Source: Camelus dromedarius
Taxonomy: Eukaryota
Length of the DNA: 64,000 nt
Direction of reading: 5' to 3'
NCBI RefSeq assembly: GCF_036321535.1
Contig: NC_087436.1
Span: 40,302,001-40,366,000, forward strand
How positions within the stretch are numbered: position 1 is the stretch's first letter; the number at the start of each line of letters is the position of its first letter. This document shows, piece after piece, positions 37,189 through 52,147 of this stretch. The notes under the pieces were generated by a model. That model saw only the letters and a list, made by a program, of their open reading frames with translations, had not been told where the DNA came from and made no database searches. A program made the position numbers and the translations under genes.

Positions 37189-40100
37189 TGAAATAATTTT
37201 TTATAATTGTTACTTATGCACTTTGAAATAAAATTTAAGATAGAAATTCTGAAAATTATTTACAAGTGTCTATGCTGCTTCAAACTTGAGTCTCAATCGA
37301 ATATTTCCACATTATAAAGGCATCTTCTTTTTAATGAAGTTTCTCTTTTTTTAAATAGGTGAAAAAATTAACTAGAATAATTTATAGAGTGTGTCACATG
37401 ATTTAGAGATTTCTGTTTTCTTAAGATTGCTTTATTATGAAAACATTTTCCCACTTCCTCCAAAAGGTATATTTCTTTTTCTGTAAGTAAAGGTTTGTAT
37501 TTTTTTTTCTATTTTTGTGTATTTTTTTTTTACCCTTTAGTAGTTTCATAAAGAGTATCATGGATCATGACAAATAAAGTTTTTTTTTAAATGTACAAGC
37601 ATAAATGTCACCTAGTCTTACAAGTCTATCAAAATTTTTGAGCAAAATGTTTTGAAGAAAGGCATAATTGAAAAGAAAACAAAAAACCAGAAACCTTTGG
37701 AGAATCAATGACCCTAAGAATAGTTCTTAAACCATTGAAGTGAGTTCTGCTTCTTGAAAGTAATTACACTGTTTGAGCTGGATTTTTTGAAAACTGATAT
37801 ATAGTGTGGAAAAACAGTTTAAATATAACACAACTTCTGTTTCTGTCAAGTGTAACTTAACTGTTATTATAAAAGTAACAATGATAAAATAATTTGACAG
37901 AAACAAAGTGCATCTCTATATCATTTTTAAACTAGTTGAGCGTGTAACCAGACCCACGTGCCCTTAACCTGTGGAGTCCACATTAACTCCTGCAAGTTAG
38001 CGTCCGAAGTCATTGTAGCTACCACAACAATCTCGATTTTCCCACTTTATACACTGTACACCTACTGTCAGGTGCCAGCTTTTGGGTCTGTAACTGATTA
38101 TTTCCATTGTCAAGTCAGAGCATTTAGTTGAATAGTGTATAACCTTGTATTTGATTACTCTGGCTGCTAGTATGGATAACATGTCCTCAGTAGGTAACAG
38201 AATCAGTCAAGACAAGTTTCATTTCTACACAGCATTAAGTACTTTTGTCTTTTCCAGTTTAATAAACTGCCCAGTATCTTGCAATTACTAAACACGCTCT
38301 AATTGATTCAAATGGCAGAGTCAGAATCAGTTAGATGCTTTTGAAGCTGGATTTACATCACTACAACATGAAGGTATAATTTAATTCTCTTGATCAGGCT
38401 CTATTAGAGACCTGGAAGGCTCAGGGAAACTAGGAGCTTAAAGTACATTTGTAGAATTATTTTTTAATCAAATTTCTCAGTAAAATGGAGCAAAACAATA
38501 AATATTGGATAATAGGAATTTTAACAAATTGAATTAACCTGTTTGTGAGCAAAAGAAGTTGATCACACATTATAACTTGAATTTAGCCAAAATACACTTC
38601 AATATATTTGAAGATTGTTAACCATAAGTGTAAATTTTAAGATTTCCTTGACTCCTTTTTGTTTCTCTTCATTCCTGATTAATTTGGAATTTCAAGCTAT
38701 TTATTTGGTTTTTAATCTAATATGTTTACTGTACCCACATTTTGAACCTCCTCTCCACATTCTTTGGATGCTTCCCAATTATCCACTCAGAGACAAGATC
38801 CCCTGGAAGGAGGGGAAATGTCATTGAGTTTGATTTTTGCCCTAGTTTAATGGAAGAGAGTAGAGTGGATATGTAGTGTTGTCACTCTGATCACTGGGAA
38901 ATAAATAAGATTGCACATATAAGAACACTGTCATATGCAAGCTACTAATAAACTTAAAAGGCAGTGCTCAAACTCTCTTTTGAGGTGCTAAAGAGTTATT
39001 CTCTCACACGCCGGAAATAAATACACAGAAACGGTGGTTCACTAAGTATTTATACCAGCAAATCCTATTTAAGTTAATAGGTTACATTAGAAGTTCAATG
39101 GAATTTAATCAATCCAACTAGGCCCCAATGACAGAGACTCATTTCTACATAACTCATAAGTATTTCATTCAAAATTAAGAATATCTGTACCATCATGGAG
39201 AAAACACTATCATTTTACAATAACTAATAAAAATCATTGGAAAAATCTCACCTCATATAAATTGATTTCTATTTTTGTTCTTTAATAGAGAGAAGACTAT
39301 TTCAACTTCAGGTATATTCCACTGAATTAACTGTGGAAACACACACTTTCATACATGCTAAATTTTTAAAAAGATGATTTAAATGGAAAAACATTAATTT
39401 ACTAGAAGCGTATGGCTCTCCTACCTTGCCTAATATAGGGCATTAGACCATTCTGTAGGATCTGGAAATGAATTAATCTTGTCATAGGTAAATTTAATTG
39501 TATGAATAAGCCTTATGTTCCCCATATGTTTCATTAGCTTAATTTTTATTACCATTAGAATAGAGAAAAGTAGCTAATATTCAAGTTTTTGCAAATCACT
39601 AACACATCAAGAAGCAACATGCAAAAAAGCCCCCCCTACTGCCTTTTTAAAGTACACACATATGTATGTGCCATCTTATTAAGTGATAAATATATTTTTA
39701 CATTCAAAAACACATATATTTATCAGTTTCTTTGCCCTGGTGGAATAAACAGTTCATCTCGAATACAATTGAAGCTCTAAATTAATGGTATGGTTTAAAA
39801 TAAAACCAGAAGGTATTTTTACAAAGGAGACAGGTTATGATACTGGTTTCCATACTTTTTGTAAAATGTAAAACATTATTAAAAATCTGAAAGAGAGTGT
39901 ATGATAAATTTGTGAACATATTCTTACTATTTTATTATTTATTATCTAGATTAGAGGAGAGATGCTATAATTAATGAGGCAATAGAGAAACATTTCACAT
40001 TAGGTTACTAGCTGTTATCACATCTAAATCAAATATTTGACTTAAAGGTAAGTACCGAGGCTGACTATAAATACAGGAGCTGTGATGAGTACCAGAAGGA

Positions 40101-40229
40101 ATACTAAGGCTGAAACAGGCAAGAAGGCAAATAAATGTGCTACTTCCTTAGATCTGCAAAAAAATGTATATTTGTGTATATATACATATATATAATTTTT
40201 GTAATGAAAGAGAATTTCCTTTATCCTTT

Positions 40230-41710
40230 TTCTGTAAATGTATAATTTTATTGAAGTATAGTCAGTTTACAATGTTGTTTCAATTTCTAATGTACAGTAT
40301 AATGCTTCAATCATACCTGAACATACATATATTCACTTCCATATTCTTTTTTACCATAAGTTACTACAAGATATTGAATATAATTCCCTGTGCTATACAG
40401 TATAAACATGTTGTTTATCTATTTTATATATATTATATTTATGTTTATATATATTAGTTAGTATCTGCAAATCTTGAACTCCCAGTTTATCCCTTCCTAC
40501 CAGCTTCCCCTCCGTAACCATAAATTTGTTTTCTATGGCTGTGAGTCTGTTTCTGTTTTGAAAATAAACTTGTCTTTTGTTTGTTTGTTTGTTTTAGATT
40601 CCACATACAAGTGATATCATATGGTATTTTCCTTTCTCTTCCAGGCTTACTTCACTTCGAATGACAATCTCTAGATCCATCCATGTTGCTGCAAGTAGTA
40701 TTATTTTATTATTTTTTACGGCTGAGTAGTATCCCATTGTATAAATATACCACAACTTCTTTATCCAGTCATCTGTCAATGGACATTTAGGCTGTCTCCA
40801 TGTCCTGGCTGTTTTAAATAGCACTGCCATGAACATTGGAGTGCATGTATCTTTCTGAATTTCTTTTGAGAAATCTCCACACTGTTCTCCATAACAGCTG
40901 CACATCAACAATGTAGGAGGGTTCCCTTCTCTTCACAGCCTCCCAGCATTTATCATTTGTGGACTTTTGAATGATAGCCATTCTGACTGTTGTGAGGCAG
41001 TACCTCATTGTAGTTTTGATTTGCATTTCTCTGATAATTCACGATATTGAGCATTTTTTTCAGGTGCCTATTGGCCATTTGTATGTCTTCACTGGAGAAT
41101 TGCTTGTTTAGGTCATCTGCCCAATTTTGGATTGGGTTGTTTGTTTTTTATTACTAAGTTGTTATGAGCTGTTTATATATTCTGGAAATTAAGCCCTTGT
41201 CAGTCTCATCTTTTGCAAATATTTTCTCCCATTTTGTGGGTTTTCATTTTGTTTTGCTTATGGTTTCCTTTGCTGTGAAAAAGCTTATAAATTTAACTAG
41301 GTCCCATTTGTTTGTTTTTGCTTTTATTTCTATTGCCTGGGTAGATTGCTCTAGGAGAACATTGCTAAGATTTATGTCAGATAATGTTTTGCTATGTTTT
41401 ATTCTAAGAGGTTTATAGTGTCTTGTCTTATGTTTAAGTCTTTAAGCCATTTTGTGTTTATTTTTCTGTATGATGTGAAGGAGTGTTTTGACTTCATTGA
41501 TTTACATGCAGCTGTCTAGTTTTCCCATTTATTGAAGAGACTGTCTTTATCCCATTATAAGTTCTTGTCTCCTTTGTCAAAGATTTACCAACCAAAAATT
41601 TGTGGGTTTATTTCTGGGCTCTCCATCCTGTTCCATTGATCCATATGTCCATTTTTTGTACCAATACTACACTGTCTCAATTACTGTAGCTCTGTAGTAT
41701 TGTCTGAAGG
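40230..41710 (-). mobile_element. 5'-truncated camelid-type LINE-1 (ORF2 3' end plus 3' UTR)
   Basis: ORFs 40594-40911 and 40814-41026 are ORF2p C-terminus. TSD-like TTCC(T/A)TTATC at 40216 and 41711. Confidence 0.92.
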
Positions 41711-44700
41711 TTCCATTATCTTTTAAATGGCATTTAAAATTAATAAACATTAAAAATATCTTTATATTTAAAACAAAGAAAACAAAACCAAAACTAAGCA
41801 TAGAATATTATTAACAAAAGCTACATGATGCTAGTATTATTAATATGAAATAATGATTCTCACTATAGATATATTCTTTTTTCTAAATGTTTTATTTGTA
41901 AGACCACTCTAGCTTTATTCTTGTATAATTTTGTATTTTTTTAAAGGCTAAGTGGTTATGGATTAATCAATTGGAAGACTTTATCAGTAAAATATCAAAT
42001 GATTAACTTATATACAAGCTATTAAATTCATGAAGTATTACCTTTAAAGAATAAGTTGATCTTAGTAGCTTGATTTACATAATGTTATACATTTTTCATT
42101 GCTTTTGGGTACTTACAGTAGGAATGTTTTGCATTATATATATATTTAGTGAATCTAAATATATTCTGAACACATGCCAATAGATTACATTCAACTTGAT
42201 GAATAGTGCTATTCATAGAAGAAACATTTTCAATGTGGTTTTAAAGATTCATCGTCCACATATATTTTTAACTCTAACTTACTTGATAATTCTTCATAGA
42301 CAGAAAGAGAGCTACCAAACTTCTCTGCATGGCTGCACAGAATTACATGAAAATTATTCTTATAAAACATATATAGTTCACATATATTACCATGAATCAC
42401 ATCACTATGATGATGATAAAGTGAAAACGTTTATTTTAGCATGCCCCATAAGATGCCAATGATCATTCAGAAAAGGTGATCAGGTACCACCACTTTCACT
42501 TTAAAGAATGTGTTGTACTGGCAGGCAGAACTGTCTCTGTTGAGACTCTGTTCTCTCATCCTTTCGCCCTTTGAAGATCACATATTCTTCAAATTGATGA
42601 CAGAATATCAAGAAAATAAAATTTCCATTCTTATGGGAAACAGTCAATTTTATATACATGTGAATCCTTAAAGCATATGTGATGACAAATTGCTCCAGAC
42701 TAGGATGGATAATAGAAATAACAGCTCCACCGAGAAAAAAAGACTAGTGGCAGGGATGGGGATGGAGGAAGAGCTATAAAGATTGTACCAAGCAATTTTG
42801 AGTCTTTCGCCAATCAAAATAAATTCCATGCAGAAATGGATAATGAAAACGATTAAAACCTCCCTACATGAAAATTTTAAAATGGGAGCAGTTAGGCTAA
42901 AATAACCCCTTCAGAACTAATACACACAAGATTCCATTTTCATGGTCTAAGTTACTTTTTGTTTTCTGGAAAAATGATACAACATCATATACATGATGAC
43001 ATTTTAAATGAAAAATATCTTATTACAGAACTTTAAAAATAAATGGACAAGTTCATTTCAATATGAGTGGTTAGCAACTCAGCATCTGCCTTGTTGCTCA
43101 GTTTAGCTTCTTCATTTCATGTCTGATATCGCTTGCTAAAACAAAATCATTCTATAGCTATTTTAGATATTTATGCAAAGGGTAGATTTTGAAATTTGGT
43201 ACCTCAGTTTAAAATTACAAAGACATTAGAAAATGTATGTTACAAATAAAAATGGTCTGCATTAACACTTTTTTTTTTTTAATCTGAACTCTGGACCTAT
43301 TCTGTATACAAGGTCTCTCTTCAAGGTCACATTGATTTCAGCAACAAAAGACAATTTGTGTTTATATTCCTGCTTGTAACCTTTATTGTTAAATAATATT
43401 TAATTGCCTGAGAATTTGCTATCTATTTTGTAATCGAATCATTTGCCACTCTATCACCTACATTGCCTATTGCAGACATGGGAAATGAGGTTTAAGGTAC
43501 ATAAAAGCAAATTAGAGCCCAATTTCCCTCTTCCTAGTGTCAGGCGTACGTGTCTTCAGGCTGAAAGGCACTATGTCTCTGAACTCTTAGAGAAATTTAA
43601 ATGAAGGCAATTATTCAGATTACTGAAAAATGATTAGTGGTAAAATTAGGCAGAATTGTGCAACTCTGTACCTGCTTGATTACTCTATACTCTTAACTGC
43701 CTGAATGACAAAGATAAACCCATCTTTGTGCTGTGCTTTATAAAACTATTGAGTAGTTCAGAGCACTTTATTTTTGTTAACCATTAGTAATGGAACAAAG
43801 AGTATAATGTCTTTATGAGTTTTCCTTACCAGGAAAATAAAAGCCATTATCAAAAGAAAAACAGTACATAATCCTGATGCAGCACTCTCAGCACTTTTTA
43901 CACATATGATTAGTTATCAGTTTGATAAATGCATTTCCAAAGTCAAATAGATATCAATGAAATTAACAGGGATTCATTTCTTCAATTCCAATATCTAGAA
44001 ATACTTTCTAATGTTCTGTTTTGTTCTTGATGGAAATTGTCTCTAAAAGAATTCTTCGTGTTCTATGAGATAGTAACACAATTCTGAACTGCTTAGAAAG
44101 GAAAAATCAGGGTTAATGTACTGACAGAAAATGGACAGAGGACAAGGGTCTTGCTGTCATAATGATTAATTCAGCTCAACACAGACTGTCTTTACTGTGG
44201 TAAGTGGTATCAATCATGAAGATAGTTGAAATACATGGATCAGTGGTGCCAGAAGCAAGCTGACTACTCAGTATAAAGCAGGCCCACCAGGGAAGTTGTA
44301 CCAAGCAATCCATCAGAGATGCTACCCATTAGCATCCGTGACCTTAACCCACTATCCACATGACTGTGTATACAGAATAGAAGATACACACTTAAGAAAT
44401 GACAGATTAAAAACCATATAATCTAAACATTGCATAGAGTTCAAAATAAAAAGGTATACCCTCTTTTCCCAGTAATAAATGGAAATGTTAATATAGATCA
44501 TTAGAATTCTTGATAGTAATGCTATTTGGGTTTTAATTGTGTTGTCATTATTTAACTACATAACTATTACATTTAAAGGTTATTAGAAATTATTTCTTTA
44601 CTAACTTATTTTACCTTCTTTACTGTTTGGGAAATGTAGCATCATATAGTTTCATACCAATCACTTCTATCATTTTATGCAGCCAAGTGTCTAAGAAAAA

Positions 44701-44814
44701 AAAAAAACCCTAAGTTCATCTGTATGGACATTTTCAAACTTGTTAGGAGTTAACACTTTAAAGGGAATGTGAGAAAGCAGTGACTGTGTTCACTGATTTA
44801 CATATCATACCTGT

Positions 44815-45317
44815 TTAGGACTGGTTCAGTTGCACACCAGAGAACCCAATCTGGAATGGTTTAAGCACCCTAAAGGACACAAGAGAAAACCCCGCACTTG
44901 TTCAGTGAGCGCTACAATAGTATCAGTATTCAGAGTCTTTCTATATCTGCTCCATTGTTCTTAAGGCTTGACACTTATCCTATGACCCTCAGAAGTCATT
45001 TGTCCTGTAGATATCATAGCAATAGTCTAAGTAGAAGAACAGGGAAGAACAATCAATGATAGTGCTTGCCAGGTGAGTCTACAACTCTAACCCCAACTAA
45101 CCTTTATGAGCTTCTGGGAATGAGTCAGCATCCAGCGGTTTCTGCTGTCAGTCAGATCTGCATCACTTAGTCACCATGCTCCTCAAGAGCATCTAGGAGG
45201 GGCTCCTTGAGCTGGCACATTGCTGCTTCCATCCAAACTGGAGTTCTTCTCTGCTAAGGAGAAAATGGAAAAATGGATAGAGGACATGTAGTGATCATCC
45301 AACAATATCTGCCACAC
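44815..45317 (-). mobile_element. Old MaLR-like LTR
   Basis: TTCAGTTGCA..AGAGAACCCAA..TGGTTTAAGCA start, GGCACATTGCTGC, and AATATCTGCCACA end. Confidence 0.55.
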
Positions 45318-45429
45318 ATATATTGCTTCATCCAATCCTTAATAGGTGTTGTTATAATTCTATAACAGAACTATATAAAGTACATAAAATAATATAGTAA
45401 ATATAAAGTATATAAAAGTATATACAAAT

Positions 45430-45550
45430 TATTATAATTTTCATTTTACAAACAAGGTAACTGAGGCAGAAAGAGATGAAGTAACATAAAATCAGAGAGC
45501 AATAAAGAGCAGAGGTTAGATCTGATCTAGGGTGGTCTGGTTCCAGAACC
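45430..45550 (-). mobile_element. MIR fragment
   Basis: CATTTTACAAACAAGGTAACTGAGGCAGAAAGAGATGAAGTAAC. Confidence 0.75.
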
Positions 45551-46380
45551 AAAGCAAAAACCTACATTTAGGGAACTCTTCCCAAACTCTTTCCAGATTT
45601 TCATTTTTAAAAAACAAATCTCTTCTCTATTTATTACATGTCATAGCTGATACTAATTCTTCTACATCTAACATTATTAGTATGTTTCTGTCCCAAGAAG
45701 ATAGCATATTTTGAAAAACATCTGGTATCATTCTGAAATAGGCTGACAATATTTGGTAAAACTCAACAACAATTTCTATTTTAAATAAGTGTTCAAAATT
45801 AAATATATTTGTTAATTTAATAAGAATATCTGTTTTAAACTAAGAGCCAAGAATACACCTAATGTTAAATTTAATTGGAAACATTGGTTTCCAACATTGT
45901 CAGTAATGTCTTAACTGTATTAAAATTTTAAATTATTATTAAAAATTAAAACCAATAGAGAATAATGCAAATTAGGAAGTAAAAAAATCTATAATATTCT
46001 ATCATTACAGCCTACACATGCCCACATACAAATACACATCAAATCCTATCCACCAGGAATCATTACTCTTTACAGTTTGTATTGGCTTGTATGTCTTTAG
46101 AGATTGATTCCTTCCTTCCTTCCTTCCTTTTCTTCATTCCTTATTTATCTTAAAATTAACTTACATAAGGGTGCCTCTATGTGTCTAGGTATTTGTGACA
46201 GGTAATATAGACACAATATAAAATTTACAGTATATATATTTACATGCTGGCACATTTATGTATACTTTTACCAAAATAGGCTTATACTGTACTTAAAATT
46301 TTTTAAAATATTTTGGATTGAACAATAAGATAAGGATAACTTTTTATATCAATACATAAACATACTCCTCATTATTTTAC

Positions 46381-47060
46381 TTATTCATTCATTTATTCAC
46401 TAAAGATATTTATTAGATATCAATATGCTCCATTCAATTTGCCAGTGCTGGAGATATGACAGTGTACAAACAAATAATGATCACAGATATTGTAAGATTT
46501 CTATTTCATAAAGAGAAATAGAGTAATCCTATTGGTGCTTTTGGAAACAAAAGTGAAAGCATGACATGGTTTTTAGGGGGAAGAACTCCAGGTGAGGGGG
46601 ATGCAAGAGCCCAGTCCCTGAGACAGAGCATTCTTGTTGTCTGAGATTAAAAGTGGCTGACTGGGGTGGCGAAGGCACAACAGATGAGGCAGGGAGAGTG
46701 AGAGGTGAGGTCAGAGAGTCAGAGTAGAGAGTTGCTTAAGGCTTTGAGTCTTGATTTTGGATGTTGGAGAGTGCGAATGAGATGGAAAATTACTGGAAGA
46801 TTTGAGCAGAGGAGTGAGTCTGATCTGACTGCAGTTTTTATAATAGACCCCAAGAACACAATATTTCAAATAAGGAAACTAGTAAGTAGGAGCCTCTTGC
46901 AATAACCAGGAAAGATGTGTTATGGATTTGGACTATGGGAAAAGCAGGAGATATGATAAGAAATGTTCAATTCTAGTTGTATCTTTACAGCTGACATGAT
47001 TTGTGGACAGATTAAATTGTAGGTTGTGAGAGAAAAATAAATCTAACATCATCTGGGTTT
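46381..47060 (-). mobile_element. LINE-2 3' region
   Basis: TTCATTCATTTATTCAC..ATATTTATT tail; ACTGGAAGATTTGAGCAGAGGAGTGA..TGATCTGACT. Confidence 0.75.
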
Positions 47061-47479
47061 TTGGTATGTTTATTTTGAACAAAAACAGATGCTGATTTTA
47101 TCCTAGACCATTTCAGCCTAAATGGATGGGGAGTCAAACCTTTTCCCTCTTTGCCACTATTGCAAATTTTATTGACAGTTATTAACATTGACCCATCACT
47201 GTGATCCTCAGATATGGATGAGGAGGACTGGTCTGTAATCTTCTGTGACCATGAAAGAGTACTCCAATTCTGTGGTCAGCATTTTGATAAAGACTTGAAA
47301 TGAATTTCAAAGACTTTTGGTTTTATTTTTCCTTCTCTATAATCCAACATATTTGAAATGGCACTGGAATAATGATTTACTTATAGTTTTGGTAGAAGTT
47401 AAATGTGAAATTTTGAAATTCATGCTTTCAAAGAAAGGAAACTTGAAAACATTTTTCTATTTATTCAATGACCAAAAAG

Positions 47480-48700
47480 ATCCATTTAGGACTTTGTACT
47501 CTTCTTTGGTCAGTATTTTTAGTCTACAGTTTCCTGTAAATCCTCTATTAAGTGTCTTTATATAGCACATACAAAAATCTCTCTTAGGATTATTTTAAAA
47601 CTTTCACTGAATGTTCTGTTATTTCCCGAATTTTATTTATTAGTTCACAAATTTGAATGTTCTTCACTTTTTCTTCTTAAATGAATTATATCTACGTGTT
47701 AGAAAATTTAAAGACCAAAATCGTAAGTGTACTTGGGAGTGTTAGTGTCTTTCTGTTTTTACATCCAGTACTTCCTGATTTAATCATCTATCCCTGCCTT
47801 TTTATTAGATTATTTTTTTCTCTTCTAAATTCCCTTTGAACTTTGTATTGCTCTATTGCTTTGAAGTATCTGACATTGCAGTAGAGAATTCTCACTCCTA
47901 ATATTCTTCCCTCTATATGTACAGAGGAGATATTCAATTATTGAGTAACTAAAATGGCCCAGGCACCAATCAATCAGAAAAGGCTCTTGGCCAAGCACAG
48001 TGAGGCTGCCCCAGGCTGTAGAAGTGGAATATCAGCACTGTTTATGGGTGCTTGAATCTTTCTGCTTGAATACTTCAAGGAATTTTTCATTCTCTCTGAA
48101 ACCCAGGAACTTTCCTAAGACCTGTGTCAATGCTAAAGATCCATATATTTCAAAATACGATGGGAACTCTTTCAGCATATTGATTAACTCCTCAAAAGTT
48201 TGCTTGAGAAAAAACTTTTAGATGCTTTTACTTTATTTTCCTCTTGATGGATGTTCGGTATAAGTGTATATTCTCCTTAATTTGTTCTCTTTATTTTTTT
48301 CCTATATTCTTTTTCACGAGTTATTTTGGATTCCATTTTTGTTGCCTTTTATCCCTTACTTTTTTTTTTTTAGCTACAGCCATTCTGCATTTTTTAGTAT
48401 CTCTATGAAGTTTGGCTTTTCTGTGCTGATTATTTTCTCTTTATTTTCTTTGTTGAATTCTGAAAGCTAAAATTTTGTCTTATCTATCCACCCATCATAT
48501 CTTCCCTGAATTCTTATATCTAAGCCTTGAATTCTAGAATATTTAAATAAATTTTAAATCAATTTTTATCTTGACTTTTAATTGCTTTACTGTCATATTC
48601 TTGCAAAGTGTTCTTTGCCATCAGTTTGATTGCACTGTCCCTTTATCTTTTCTTTTTAAATTATGCACCATCATTTGCGTGATTCTGCGCTGGTTCCTTT
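47480..48700 (-). mobile_element. Very old LINE-1/HAL1-like remnants
   Basis: T-rich strand bias with faint L1 ORF1-region blocks. Poorly resolved. Confidence 0.4.
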
Positions 48701-48857
48701 GATTTATTAATAATTTTTGACTAAGACTGTTCCTACCAGACCAGCAGTTGGTAGCTGCTTCATGTGAAGAATGGAAGACATAAGCCTATCAGTAGTGAGA
48801 ATTTTCCCTCATTTCTGGTGAAATGTTTTTTCACTTCGTGGCAATGGGTGATTGGGG

Positions 48858-48926
48858 GTGTGTGTGTGAGAGAGAGAGAAAAGAGAGATAGAGAGACAGA
48901 GAGAGAGAGAGAGGGAGAGAGAGAGA
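48858..48926. repeat. Compound (GT)n(GA)n microsatellite
   Basis: Directly visible. Confidence 0.95.
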
Positions 48927-49289
48927 AGGTGTGTTTAACTTTACTTCTTCCCAAATAACGGAGCTATAGACTAAATACTATTCATAATTTTACTCTTTAG
49001 CGTGTCCTTACAGGTTACTTCCTGCAGAAAATAATGGTTTCCCACAGATTGCTTCTTGCAGAAAATGATAATTTTGTGGATTAAAAAAATTCTTACATAG
49101 TATATAGCTATAATTATTTTACAAAATAAATTTTAATAACATTTTTAGTACATTTGTGCAATTTATTGCAAGATTGTAGAATGCCTAATAGAATATTATA
49201 AAGTAATTTTTAATGATCCCTCTATTCCTTTTGAATTCTCAGTTTCTTCTCTGATCTTACATTTTTAGCTTCTTTGTTTCAGGGTTAGA

Positions 49290-49755
49290 GTTTTACTTTG
49301 TGGGCTCTTATAAAGTCACATGAAGTCATCCAAAATTTCCTTCTCCTTTGCCTTCCTCTTATATGGATTCTAGAAGGCTGAAATATTGGACTTTAAGACT
49401 CCTTTTCAGCTAGAAGTGGCGACATACACATTCTTGCCATATGATGTAGGAAGAAGTCTCTGAAGAAGATTTTTCTCCATGAGGAGAAGAAACCAGTCAC
49501 ATTTTTCTCATGCTTTCTTTCTACCTGAATTACAAACGTTCTTGGAGCTGCATTGCCACCATGAGGCCACAGGGGAAAAATAAGTCAAATGATAAGTATT
49601 TCAGAGAAAAAAATAGGATTCAGAGTCTCAAACTATCTGAAAGGCCTACTTTCATACTTTTTCTGTTTGAGAAAAAATAACTCCCTCTCTAATTCTGTTG
49701 ATGATTTATGGCTTTTCTATCACCTGAAGTGGTACAGAAATTTCCTGTTTCACAC
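49290..49755 (+). mobile_element. Old MaLR/ERVL-like LTR
   Basis: CAGCTAGAAGTGGC..ACACATTCTTGCCA, TGGAGCTGCA..CACCATGAG and GAGAAAAAATAAC blocks. Confidence 0.5.
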
Positions 49756-49829
49756 AGAACATTTTTTAAAGTTCTAAATATCTTTCCTAGCCCTAAAAAA
49801 TAACAAGTTCTTTTGGACTCTTGAGCCTC

Positions 49830-50660
49830 TCTTGAATTCTGCCAGATATACAGTTTTTTTGTAACCACGATTCCCCTTGCTTTGCACATAATCTAGGTCA
49901 GTATTTCTCTCACAATGGTCCTTTATTATAACTCTTTGTTCACACTCCTTCTCTAAAGAATTTTTAATTTCATCTCTGGTGGACACTTCATTCTCTTTGC
50001 TGCTTTTATACTGCATATGTTCCAATAAAACTTTACTGCTCATCATTCTTTTGTTTTGATCAACATTTTTACTTGGTATCATTTTCTTCCCCCTGGAGGA
50101 TATCTTTTAACATTCCTTGTAGTGATAGTCTGCTGGAGAGGAATTCTTTTCACCTTCTGCCTCCTAAACGTCTTCACCTTGCCTTTGTTGTTGAAAGATA
50201 TTTTCACTGAGTATAGAATTCTATAGATTGATGGGTTTTTCAACATTTTGTCCAAATCCTTTATGACATTCATTGCTTTGAAGAATTCTGCTGTCATCCT
50301 TATCTTTGCTCCCGTTTATATAATGTGTGTTTTTTCTGTGGCTGCTTTTAAGGCTTTTTATCAATGTTTTAGAGCAATTTGATTATTATGTGTCTTGATG
50401 CAGCTTTCTTCATGATTCTTGGAATGATTTTGAGAGTTTCTTGAATTCAGAATTATTTTTGCCATTTTTTTTTCAAATAGTTCTTCTGACACTCCTTTCC
50501 TCTTTCAAGGACTCTAGTTATATATATGTAAGGTTCTTGAAGTTGTCCCGTGATTCATTGATGGTCTTTTCTTCCTTCATTTCCTCTGATTCTTTTTTTA
50601 TTTTTTAATATATATCTACCCTTGTTTTGGATAGTTTCTGTAAGTATGTCTTCAAGTTTA
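49830..50660 (-). mobile_element. Old LINE-1 ORF1 region
   Basis: ORF 50079-50297 contains RILYSVKISFNNKGKVKTF, the L1 ORF1p C-terminal domain. Confidence 0.8.
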
Positions 50661-51302
50661 CTATTTATATACTTTAAAAAATTCTACTTTAAGTGAGTCT
50701 AAGGAGAGGGGCTATTTTTTTTCCAGTCATTCCGAAACTAAAAAGCCCACTTTGCTAATGGCAATGTAATAATATATAAGAAGGAAATAAAGAGTACCAA
50801 TACTGGGAAGAGGAAGCAATTTCTCTTTTTGTTTTCTATCTGATATCTGTGTATGTATGTGTGTGCAGGGGTGTGTATGTATATAAAGTATATAATATAA
50901 GATATATAATAGTAATACATAAATTGGTTTAAAACATTTTATTAAATTTATATTTATATTATATATTATACATATATATTTATAAAGGGGGAGAAATTTG
51001 CAAGTAATATATTGGTTTTGGATGGTAAGAATGAAATAACAATTTTATATATATCAGTTTTTTATACCAATCAAAAATATTTCTCTAAAAATAAATTGAT
51101 TTTTTATTTTTTATGACTTGAAAAACCATTTTTAATTTTATGTAGAAATATAAAATGTTAACTTTACCAGGAAAATTTTGAAAAAGAAGAAGATTATAAG
51201 AAAAATACTTAAATATATAACAAGTCTTGTGGAAATTCAAGAGTTTGGAAGGAAGATACACTGTAAAGTCCTGGCCAAAACAACACAGACAAGACTTCAG
51301 TA

Positions 51303-51975
51303 CGTAAGACTTCCAACATTATGTTATATAGAATTGATGAAAATGGGCATCCTTGCCTTGTTCCTGATATTAGAGGAAAGGCTTTCAGCTTTTCACCATT
51401 GAGTATGATGTTAGCTGTCAGTTTATCATAAATGGCCTTTATGTTGAGATATTTTCCATCTATATCCACTTGAGGAGAATTTTTATCATGAATAGAGTTT
51501 GAATTTTGTCAAATGCTTTTTGTGTCTACTAAGATGATCATGTAATTTTTATGCTCCCTTTTGTTAATGTGGTAAATCACATTGATTGATTTGCAAATAT
51601 TGAACCACCCTTTCAACCCTGGAATAAATCCCATTTGATTGTGGCAAATGACCCTTTTTGAATAGAGTTGGATTCAATTTGCTAATATTTTGTTAAGGAT
51701 TTTTTGCATCTATATTCATTACAGATATTGGCCTGTGATTTTGTGTGTGTGTGTGTGTGTGTGTGGTGTCTTTGTCAGGTTTTGGTATCAGGGTAATGGT
51801 GGCTTCATAGAATAAATCTGAGGGTGTTTCATCTTCTGCAATTTTTTGGAATGGTTTGAGAAAGATAGTTCTTAGCTCTTCTTTATATATTTGATAGAAT
51901 TCCACGATGAAGCCATATGCTACAGGACTTTTGCTTGATGGGACTTTTTTAATTACAAATTCAACTTCACTATTA
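51303..51975 (-). mobile_element. LINE-1 ORF2 RT fragment with an internal (GT)n at 51742-51765
   Basis: ORFs read [24 protein letters not shown] and FYEATITLIPKPDKD..RPISVMNIDAK. Confidence 0.92.
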
Positions 51976-52147
51976 AGACTCTTGAGTTATGAGGTTTTTA
52001 GTACAGTGTGAGTCTACAGTATCTGAAAGAATATTGAAACAATAATGATAATCTGTAAATATTCACTATTTTTGACTGATTTTATAAAAAAAAGTTTTCA
52101 TAATATGAAAATGAATTGTACAGTATTATAATAATGATAATCTAAAC

